A stretch of 64,000 bases of DNA from Lingula anatina. Taxonomy: Eukaryota > Animalia > Brachiopoda. Within the stretch, counting starts at the first letter, position 1; each line of letters starts with the position of its first letter. The notes beneath the pieces are model-generated. The model searched no databases. It was given only the letters and a program-made list of their open reading frames with translations, and had not been told where the DNA came from. The DNA lies in assembly GCA_051362555.1 (NCBI GenBank), contig CM120647.1:1612001-1676000 (forward strand), given 5' to 3'. This document shows, piece by piece, positions 54,103-64,000 of this stretch. Made by a program: the position numbers and the translations under genes.

Positions 54103-55343
54103 CAGCGACGACGGCGACGACAGACGCAGATGATGGCTATATGTACAGACACATCTGTGTCTGTACATAAAAATATTAGGAATCGTCTTAATTTTACACA
54201 AGAAGTATAAAATTATACCAGCAATAGACATAAGTATCTCTTGACCAAATTAATTTTTCGAAGTTAATTACAATGTCATGTGCCTGTGACCATGTCTTTC
54301 TAATTTGAAATATATTTTAGTTATTCATTCATAAATTCAAAATATTTTTCCCATTATTTACATTTCATATTTCCATTCAATCATTTTTACTCACTCAACC
54401 TTCAATCTGTTAGTTTGTCTGTGTGTTTATATACATTTATATACATTTATTTATTTACTATTTATTCATTCATTTATTTATTTACCATTATTTTCTTTAT
54501 TTTTTAGCCATCTATCTATAAATCCATTCATATATTTATCTTGCTCTCACCTTGATCTCCCCAGTCTGGGTTCCATGAGTTTGCTACCAGCCAGTAGGGG
54601 GTGCCACTTTCCACGCCCCAACCCAGGACCTTGATAGCGTGACCCCCCAGGGCTGACCCTGAGGTGTGGTGGTACACACCTAGAAATAAAACACATTCAT
54701 TGCTGCAGTGAGAGAATTTCTACAGATCCACTTTCGTAAAAACTTAATTTTAACACAAAGTACACATACTCCATAATTATATTTTCAGAAACATGTATTA
54801 TAAAGAGACATGCATTTTGTACATGTAAATGTGGTCTGATTATGAAATATTTTGATATCATTATATCATTGTCAATTATAACAAAAATACTGTCTTCTTA
54901 AAATACACAACCTGAATGAAGACATTATAACAGTGACTGTAAAACGTTGACGTACCTGACTTGTAGCTGGGGAAGTCAGCATACACGGTAAAAGCGCCCT
55001 CTACAGGCCCATTGGTCATGATCTCTGTCTGGATGGATTTCTCGGAAGAACGCACTGAATAGTGGGACTTGCCTGGAATATGGGAGCATATTTTAATTAT
55101 GTAATTCTCAGACAGCTTTATTATACAAATTTTCCATTCTGCTCTGTCACTACCTACAACACTGGGTTGGGTGCAAAATAGAAGACTTCAATACTTTTAA
55201 GTTAATGTTAAAAGATTAATTTGTATGACATACTTAACAGTGTCAAAAAAACTTGAAATATAATTAACTCTAAATTAAATTTGACCATTCTTCCCTTTAC
55301 CAAAGCAAACAAAATGAGAAAATGCATATAAGCAGTATGCTCG

Positions 55344-55398
<55 letters not shown>

Positions 55399-56643
55399 TG
55401 CTACAATGTATAAATTTCTGCACGTTCAGAAGCATGAAGACAGTTCCAAAAGCAGAAAACTTGGAAAGAAAAGCTAGGCTATTTTTTTCTCGTTAATTCC
55501 TGCACTTACCGTAGTTTTTGTCCTCTTTGTAAGACACGCTGTACCCAGATTCGCACTTTTTCTCACATCTAGGGGTGGGGTCGTCACCCTTGCAGGCGGG
55601 TTTGGAGCCATTGACGTGATGTTCGCAGGAAGGCAGGGAGTAGGGACGGCAACCCTGGGGGAGGGAGGAGGGAAAATAGGTGAGGCTTGCTTGGGAATAT
55701 GTTGAGGAAAATTTTATAATTGTGTGATTTAAAAATATCTTCTCCCATGTCAGCAAAACATCCTCCAAGTGATTGACAGTCTTAGAGACCATTCACAATG
55801 AATTTTGTCAACACAGCTAATGCTTTCTCTAGTTTCCAATACGATGGTAAAATCACCAGCTTTTCCATATTCTACTCAACATCAGGAGGGGGCGTGTTAG
55901 TCTGTTGATCTAACTGTATCAGCTGGAGTCCCTGTGGAGTTTGTGCACATCAGCTATGTTGAGAAAATTCATTGTAAACCATCCCTCACAGACATTTACA
56001 CTACACTGTATATACCCCTGTTCTTAACTGGTCAAGTTCTTAGTAAAGGATTAAATGTCAAAAAAATAATTTAAAATATATACAAGTAGGTGTAAATGCA
56101 TATGAAATTCAGTAAATGTCTCTTACAATTTCACATCAAGATTATATTGTGAAAAATTACTTCATGCACTGTAGTTTGACCTGTAATTTAAAGTACTATA
56201 AAAAACATGCTGTAATTATGTCAACAAGAAAACATTGTCAAATAAGTTCGTATATGTTATTCCTGGAATGTAGATAAAATAATGTTGAGAAACATTTATG
56301 GAAAGGTACATGTATTATTCCATCATTCAAAATAGGTAGACGAAAGCAAGGGGGATAATGGCCGGAGTTTTCTGGTAGGAAAATATTTCATATACAGTAT
56401 AGCTACCATAATGTTTGTCTTTGGAATAAGAAATGGCGTAGCCCGACTCGCAGGATCTCTGACATCTTGGGGTGGGGTAATCCCCCTTGCAGGGGGGCCG
56501 TGACCCTGATGTGTGGTGCTCACATGATGGCAGGGAATATGGCTGACAGCCCTAAAACACAGCCAAAACACACGGTAGTCTTCATATAACAGAGAATACA
56601 TACTAGGTATTTGAGAATATGGGAGTTTCTAGGACTTTTTTTT

Positions 56644-56682
<39 letters not shown>

Positions 56683-59600
56683 GAGCCCGTAAACAATAAT
56701 CATTATGTTAATAATAACAATGCTGCCAAAAATATTCCAACATATTCATAAAGCCTGATGGAGCATTTGTAGATTTAGTATGACAATTAAAGTTGGTACA
56801 TTTATAAAAAGGTGCTGCTGTACACAAAAATCATATTTTGGGTGTTAAATATTGGGGGCAAGAAGAAAGTTTGAAACAGTCAAGTTCATGTAGGTACTGG
56901 AGCTAGTAGCATGATGCTCAGAGGAGGGGAAAGAATATGGCCAAAAGACAAATTATAATGTAAAAATGTTGTGTAAAAATGATACTAAAATGTTCTTATA
57001 TAAATTGGAGAAAATGACAGTTTTCCTGGTTTTGTAGCACAGTTGATGAACAGTAGTAACTGAACTGCCCAGGTGTCGTAACAGGCAATGACCTAACTTA
57101 GGTCAAAGTGAGATTTGATCCTACTTGTATGGTATAACCCTAGGGCACGTACTGTTGATCAGTAGTTGAGTACTGGTAGTACATGAGTAGTGAGGAAAGA
57201 GAATCAGTGCTCAGCATAGCTGTTCACAGGCAAGGAGTCCAAATCAACTCAGTAAGTTTATAAAAGTTTAAACTTATTTTTGCTGACTTAATTCATTAAG
57301 GTATAATTACAAGTCATGAGCTCAAGTCGTTTGTTTGAGGTTTGAACCCAGTCCACTGTCTTCACATAATACAAAAACAGACAATATAATAAGGAGATAC
57401 CAATACATGTATACTGATAGTAATACAGTCCACTATCTCACTGCACTCACAGCTGGGTATATATATATATATATATAGTACAGGGAGCAGTGAACTGAGG
57501 GCAAACTGACCCTTGATATGTACACATCACATGCTCCATAGCTAGCACTAAGCCAAAAGATCTCTGACCAAGGTCACCAAGTTATACTGTTACAATATAT
57601 CATCTGATTTGATAATTAACACATTATCACATTTCCAAGACCATTTCAGTAAGGGTGCTTCACACTTCTTAGGAGCTGGGTCGGTTCAACTCTGCAGGAA
57701 GTTCTTGCTAAAGTGCAATCAGTGTGAGAGGGAAGTAGATGTATCTTGTGAACCAAGATAAAGTGAAAGACAAAGTTTTTTTCACGATCTTGTTTACAGT
57801 GACTTTAGGTTGTCATGCATCACAATTAAGGTGTACGTGAGAAACTATATGAATACCCCCCCCCCCCCAAACACACACTTACCCCTAATTTCAGTGCGTT
57901 CTCATGTCCTCACACAGTGATAACAGAGAAGAGAAGACAAATGATGACAGAAAATGCTAAATCATTCTCACTCATCCTCTGCTGATACCCCCCGCCTTAT
58001 CTCTATTGTTGAGAGTTAAATATTAACAAAGATCCTGTTTGAAGTGATCAGCTGAGAGATAAAACTGTTCAGTCAGAACACAAAGCACAACAAACTTCAG
58101 CTGCATGCTTGATGCTTTCCTACAGAAATATAATAAAGAGATTGTAATTCTCCTTCAAGGTCCCCAGCACTTCTAAAATGTTGAGGTTCAAAAATTAACG
58201 AAGGAACACGGCACACAAAGAGAGAAAAGTACAGGAGAGCTTAGGAAGAACGCTTTTGTGTTAGCTTTTTGTTAGCTTTTGTGCATTGTGTTCATATAAC
58301 ACATAAGAGGGGCATGCATGTTCTTTTTTGTTCAGTGTCAGGTAGCTGAGATATCAGGGTCACAGCAGGACTATGGCAGGCATCTCGACATCACATAGAG
58401 GTTATGGAATCAAGACACTTGGTCGCAACACACGATGCTTTCGAGTTACGGGACCTGCCCCCTTTGCCAAGAAAGATCCACCTCAAGGCAAACTTAAATT
58501 AAAAATCAGAAACTGGTCTTCACATCTGATATTGCCATACCGCTGTCAATCAAAACCTTCTTAATTCTTAAAAGTAAAGAAATCAAAAATAGGAAGTCCC
58601 TCGACCTTTGCTTATTTCACTGTAAAGTTCACACTGTTACATTTAGCCCGGGCCCCCCCCCCACCTTTCCCCTTCTCCAGCCCAAACCAAAGCCTCTAGA
58701 CCAGTCCAAAGGTGACAGTTTATTATCTGTATATCAATATCTTGTCACCTACCTGATGACTGCCATATTGACCACCAGAGACAATGCCGTCTCTGACCCA
58801 GTAAGACCACGCACCGCCTGGAAAACCTCCGTTACAGCTGAAATACAAATATCAAAACTCTTCAGATTGCTGAGACTTGTTCAGATGCAGTAATTCTTGT
58901 TGTAGTTATTGAGGATCAACTAGTCCACATACCTTTTTTTATCAATTCAATCTAAGTTTAACTTGTCAGCACTCCGATTACCATAGAGAAATCAACAGTT
59001 AACTGGTGAACGTACCCATTTCCACACATAAATCCGCAGCATGTCATCAGATCCTCGGCAGAGATGTGCACGTTCTGTTTTCCTGAGGACGCAATGCAGA
59101 TACGGTCAGTCATGGCTTCCACTGCTCCAAAGGCCTACAGCAGGAAACAAACAAAAACAAAGATATAAGATATGAAATTAATAGACATTTGTAAAACTAT
59201 CATGATATTGAAAATGCTCTGACAGATATCAAAATATTGGATGTAAACAATATTTAGCTTTTGACTGAAAAAACACTCTACTTTCATAACATAACACATC
59301 TGAGAGAAATATTCTGTTCAAATTCCAATATTAAGTTTTACATTCCAATTAACCATTAAAAAATGTCTCAATTCAGGCTTTTCCCAGCGAACTGTCTAGC
59401 CATCAATATTGGATGGTCACTATTGTCCAAGACAGTTGCACAGCTTACAATTTGTTTTCATGACTCCCCAAAATTTTGCAGGCAATTGCAAGTGATTATT
59501 TTGGACAGCCTGTACCCCCAATCCTTGGAAAAGCCCTGGGCAGAACACAAGCCAAGTGGTCAGTTCAGTCTTGACCACTGGTCACTTACCCAGCATGAAC

Positions 59601-60359
59601 CGCAGGCCGACTGGTCTCGGATCTCCTTCAGCGAGGGGCAGTTGGGCCAGTGCGTCCTGGAGTCAAACTCCTCGGGGATGTCGCTGACGTCCATGCCGTA
59701 CATCTCAAATGGGTCGATCTCGGTGGGGCGGTGTTTCCCCAGGGGGTCCTCCAGAACTCCGCAGAGCTTCTTCAGATCTTTCTCCGTCATGTTACGGCCA
59801 ACAAAGTTGTGGCCAGCCTGGAAGTGATATAATTTTAATGTTAAAATTTTCACCACAAAAAAGTATCAATCAAGAATCAAGTTCATCTATTGCATATTTA
59901 TATATATTGACACCTGATCTTAATTGCCAATTCAAAACAATATTAAAATACTAAGTCTATATCCAGGTACCAAGCAAACTTTTGAATAATTTGTATGCTT
60001 CTGTAGAAACTTGACCAAACCTTTTATTGTATTTATAAATATGGACAAACAGCTAGTATATGTGTAGTTGAAAGATCAGTTTCGGAGATAAACAACAATT
60101 CATACACTGGCAAAAAATAAACCGAAAGACTAATTTTCACTTTCACATGCAAGACTCACAAAAGTACAATAATTTATCAAAGTCAAAAAGGTCCCCTCTG
60201 AGGCAGATGATGATTTACCTTCCATGTTGCCTTGGCAACGTGGTTTACATAGTGGATAAGTTCCTCAGAGAGAGGCTTGTGAAGAGGAACCTGCTGCTCA
60301 AACTTGAGCACGCTGGCATGAGACAGGGCCACCAGGGCGATCACTAACAACACCTTCAT
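49865..60359 (-). CDS. CTSB: Cathepsin B preproenzyme, 347 aa (with one of two alternative exons)
   Basis: Coding exons 60359-60219, 59817-59590, 59134-59016, 58837-58753, [56551-56407 OR 55654-55510], 55072-54956, 54679-54551, 49944-49865; 1044 nt in frame. Signal peptide [34 protein letters not shown] (catalytic Cys), occluding loop CEHH, GGHAIK (His), WLVANSWN (Asn), FFKIKRG...CGIES. Non-coding exon 1 donor at 61541. Confidence 0.97.
50610..50843. mobile_element. Short HINE-like element nested in the larger one
   Basis: AAAGCACTTTGAGAGTGCAGACCTCTGCCAAGG ... CAGACAAAC ... ACCTCCTTGGCAGAG; subterminal inverted repeat CTCTGCCAAGG/CCTTGGCAGAG. Confidence 0.6.
51300..52710. repeat. Tandem array, ~335-bp period
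   Basis: GACTGC...GCTG.ATTTTAG.CC.TGTTTC block recurs at ~51757, ~52092 and ~52430, with a more diverged unit near 51424. Confidence 0.8.
53110..54063. repeat. Tandem array, ~120-bp unit x ~8
   Basis: ATCATGCTGATTTTCGAACTTGACCTGCGTATTATGAAT...GTAAGTTTCAAGCCAAAA...CCACTTATCGTGTTATCGGT repeated. Confidence 0.93.
55510..55654 (-). CDS. CTSB: Cathepsin B occluding-loop exon, alternative copy B
   Basis: CCCCCAG|[48 protein letters not shown](G)|GTAAGT; 145 nt, no stops. Confidence 0.95.
56407..56551 (-). CDS. CTSB: Cathepsin B occluding-loop exon, alternative copy A
   Basis: TTTTAG|[48 protein letters not shown](G)|GTAGCT; 145 nt, no stops. Confidence 0.88.
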
Positions 60360-61541
60360 GATCAATGTTCCCTGAAATATCAAACAAGATAGGATATGAT
60401 AAACATTTGTAACATTATCCATGACATATGCTGCCTTTATCTACTGGTCAGATAAAAACCTGTTAACTGTAAATTATCATTGAATTCAACAGTACAAAAA
60501 CATACACATAAATATCTCAAATGTGACAATTTCAGAGTCTTCTGAGTCTTCCAGAAAACGGTCAGATTTTCAAGTTTTCATTGACGGGTATCTATTTTTT
60601 TTTTTATCTGTTGGAAGACGGTCAAAAATGAAGGATGGATCAATAAAGATAATTTGGAAGACTGTCAGAAAATGTGTCTGGATCCGCCCCTGCAATTTTA
60701 ATGAGCATTAAGCAGTAAAATTGAGTAAACTATAGTTATATCATCCACATTCACAGCCACTTATCTTCATGTAATCCAAGGTATCAGATTACTGAAGTTT
60801 ATCGCACATGTACAGTACAGTATATACATTGTACACTGTGATAAAATAATTAAAATCATCCTCCACCCAGCATTGCTGTCCAAGTTTCAATGTCACTGCT
60901 TTGACCAGAGTGAGTGTGGCTTCTCAGGGTTTAGGATGAGAGGTTGTGATACATGCATTATGTACAGTACTTCAGGGGAAAGGAGGTGGTGGGGGGGGGG
61001 GGGGGGGGGTAGAAACCCATCTGCTTTAGGAGTACTTCGATCAGCTTTCTGTCCTCTAGATCTGCTTTTCAACCGAGTAGCCACATTTTCGCACTTCAGA
61101 GTATATCGTACATCATGCAAGATTAATAATCAGTTTCCAGTGCTATCATAATGTTACTAGTAAAGTTAAATTAAAGATCTTATTAAAGAAATTAAAGATT
61201 ACCAGTATACATGCATTTTGAGAAATGCTGTGTTCATTTTGAATCTTGTTTAAGCTTCATATTCCTTCACACAAAAATCAGAGACAATTTAGAAAATGTA
61301 GGCTTAATTCAAAACCGACTTGAGATTCTAAATGTGAGATTTTACACAAAGTCTAACATACGGAGTTATTAAACGCAACACGCAAAATGAAGTCTGCGAT
61401 ACAACAGAAAGTAATTAAGGCAGCTGCTGCAAGGCAGATAAAGACATATTATATACAAGTTTAATATAACTTCAGCAACACGTTACACTGATATTCCGGT
61501 AATCCCTGAAGGAAAATAAGACAAATTGTTTAATCTCTTAC

Positions 61542-61869
61542 CTCTGGCAAGTTTACAGATCAACGAGCAGCGACAAGACAAAAAGTGATAAATCTTTCGT
61601 TCTATCACCTATTTAATCTCGTGAGTCATATGATCCTCATGTGACTGGGAGATACTTGGCACGTGTCAACGGACGTGCCTCGACAGATCACGAGCCTATC
61701 ATTTTATAGTACAAATGTCTCCTCAGCCAAAATCTAGCTAAATTTCTTATCAAATGAGTTGAGTCTAATTCTGATAAGAAGGTTAAAGTGAAGAATTTGT
61801 TAGAATATTAAAAAGACACTACTATTGGTGTCTGACGTGGCATGTCGTCGACGGGAGCTTAATCTAATT
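61542..61869. promoter_or_regulatory. Probable bidirectional promoter between CTSB (-) and TTC32 (+), including CTSB non-coding exon 1
   Basis: TGAGTCA (AP-1) 61622-61628, TCATGTGAC (MiT/TFE M-box/CLEAR-like) 61637-61645, CACGTG 61660-61665. CTSB exon 1 donor AG|GTAAG at 61541; TTC32 ATG at 61870. Confidence 0.65.
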
Positions 61870-62300
61870 ATGGAGAAACCGAATGCGGAAGAGGCGTTAC
61901 TACGAGAGGCAGATAATTTGCGACAACTCGGGCAAAACAAAGATGCTGAAAACAAATATTCTGAATGCATAAGACTCTTACAAGATGCTTTACGGGCATG
62001 TGGTGCTTGCGAACAGAAACAGTCAATGTGAGGAACAAACGAAATAGTTCAAGTCAATATTTCACTGAATTTCAGTTTCACTGCTCTGGCTAACTTAACT
62101 TACTTGGCTGTTTCACTGCTGCAGTGTTATCCTTATAAATAACTTGCTGTAATAGTTCAAACATCAGTTCAGTCCCTCTATACAAAATTTACTTATTGTG
62201 CAATTTAATGATATGTCGAAATTTCTTATTATTAATAATAATAATAATAATTTATTTTTATTTATTATTTATTTGTGACGTTTAAGAAGCGGGCGGATAT

Positions 62301-62352
<52 letters not shown>

Positions 62353-63676
62353 TTTTGCATTTAATGTGAGCCACATCTGTCACAGTATTTTAAATCAATT
62401 AAAATACTAGTATATAATGAATTTATGAAATAAGTCCATTATCTCAATGCATTGGTTGCCATTGCCCAACTGTTGCAATCTGTTACATACACAGTCACTG
62501 AGTCAGTACAAGAAATACATGCAATATGCGTGTGTCACAGACAAGATTGAAATCCAGGAAGAATTCAAATCTGCCTAGAAGGGATTAAAATCCACCTGGG
62601 CAAGCTTGAAATCCCAAGCCACAGACATTTTTAAATTATAAATGCTACTGCTTCAATCACATCCCTAATAAGGCTATTTAAGTAACAGAATCTATGATTA
62701 AGATCATCTTTTATTGGTTATCTTTCATATGGAGGAAAACGAAACATTTTTATTTGCTTTAGTTTTAATTGTCAGTCTTCATGTTGATGGATATCTGTGC
62801 ATACCTGTAGTGTATTTCAACTTAGCTTGTTTAATTGTTATTAGTTAATATTTTCACATTAATTTCAGAGAGGCTGCCTTAGCTCGTGCCTACAATGACA
62901 GAGGTTTTGTCAAATATCTCCAAGTGGAATTCAAATCTGCTGTGGAAGATTATACGTCATCATTGGAACTGAAGGAAACTGAGCAGGCTTACTACAATAG
63001 AGGGCTCATTAAATACAGATTAAGTAAGTTTTCCAACTGGCAATTAATAAGTAACATAAAATTTGTTTTAATATAAGTATGCTTTCTGTGTTTGTCTTTA
63101 ATGATAGTTTTGCACCTCTCAACACTCTGCCTTGAAGAAAGAAATATAACATATAAATGTGGGACATGTATAAGTATCATTAAGAATAGTTTAAAACTTC
63201 TTATAAACCAATAGTTTAAAACTTCTTATAAATCCAGTAATTCAAAACTTCTTATAAACCAATAGTTTAAAACTTCTTAAAAACCAAATGAGGATGGCTG
63301 TTTATGATACAGTTGATCATTTCAATCAGGAAAATTGTGAATTTTACAGATTTTATATATTTTTAATAATAATTTCTTTAAATTAGAACATTCCTATTGA
63401 GTGGAAGCAACACAGTTGAAAAACAGACTTCCTAATAGTTGTATTCTACAAAGTAAAAATACCAAAATGTTACATAGAAATGTATTTGTAATGAATTTAT
63501 GTATCTGAAAAATGTTTTTGATTCTGCTTTTTTCTGTTGTAGGTTATTTTGATGAAGCTATTCAGGACCAGCAGAAAGCTCTGAGGATAAATCCTGACTT
63601 TAAACCTGCAGAAGACTGTTTAAAACAATCAATTATTGACAGAGAAAATGGGAAAAACAAAGAGAAGTTAAAATAA
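61870..63676 (+). CDS. TTC32: Tetratricopeptide repeat protein 32, 3 exons, 148 aa
   Basis: Exons 61870-62027, 62869-63023, 63543-63676 (447 nt in frame). TPR motifs LARAYNDRGFVKYLQVEFKSAVEDYT and [32 protein letters not shown]...LKQSIIDRE. Confidence 0.9.
63186..63287. repeat. ~25-bp minisatellite x4
   Basis: AATAGTTTAAAACTTCTTATAAACC repeated in TTC32 intron 2. Confidence 0.85.
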
Positions 63677-64000
63677 CTGAGTGATTTTTGGTCAAAGGCT
63701 GAAAACTGGACCAAAACAGTGCCAAAGTGCTTTGGAGAATGTTACAGTGGTAGTGACAATTAATTATCACATAAGTATTATAATATAGGTCTAGATATAT
63801 ATTACATGTATGTATAAGTTTAACACTGTAACACACGTAGTGTCAGAAAAGGAATAGAGTCTTGTTGGGGTGATATAAGTTGTTTATTCGCCTTTCTGTC
63901 TATACCAGTTATTAAATACTTGTCAACGACGACGGTTTTAAATTCCTGGTTGGACAGGGTTCTCAAAGGTATGCACTTGGTTTAAAAACTTCTAGGATTA

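Larger units (their letters stand above)
50051..54173 (-). mobile_element. Helentron-associated non-autonomous element (HINE; DINE-1/pearl-type architecture) filling most of the last CTSB intron
   Basis: One end AAAAACAAG plus small hairpin GGCAGC-AAA-GCTGTC plus subTIR ATGTACAGAC (50076-50085). Other end has a (GAC/GGC)n microsatellite, hairpin TATGTACAGACACA-TC-TGTGTCTGTACATA (54140-54169) containing the matching subTIR, then AAAA. Tandem arrays lie between. Confidence 0.75.

Noticed and set aside
57942-57985. C-box (ATGATGA) and D-box (CTGA) pair
   Set aside because: Too short for a C/D snoRNA, antisense to the host transcript, and no terminal stem.
58373-58564. GC-richer intronic stretch as a possible third occluding-loop exon
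   Set aside because: No CEHH or Cys pattern on the CTSB strand and no matching splice sites.
59363-59827. 154-aa plus-strand ORF (and similar antisense ORFs over NNT, IDH2 and DCDC2-like exons)
   Set aside because: Antisense shadows of real coding exons with no independent support.

Overview
AT-rich, intron-rich animal (invertebrate-type) genomic DNA, not prokaryotic. Five protein-coding genes can be assembled from GT-AG exons. (1) The 5' part of mitochondrial NAD(P) transhydrogenase NNT (-) is head-to-head with (2) a complete 11-exon mitochondrial NADP-isocitrate dehydrogenase IDH2 (+). (3) A ~30 kb DCDC2-like doublecortin gene (+) has a long acidic tail with four IQ motifs. (4) A complete cathepsin B gene (-) is head-to-head with (5) TTC32 (+). 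Introns hold an Academ-like long-TIR element, IS3EU-like and TTAA MITEs, a 5'-truncated LINE, a 4.1-kb Helentron-type element filled with satellites, and minisatellites. The best candidate for an undescribed system is in cathepsin B: two intact 145-nt copies of the occluding-loop exon that must be spliced mutually exclusively, one with and one without the N-glycosylation sequon, plus candidate intronic RNA pairings. Next are the shared, E-box-dense promoter linking two major mitochondrial NADPH-generating enzymes, and the DCX-plus-IQ gene with a possible internal promoter. All gene names come from recalled sequence similarity; no search was run.
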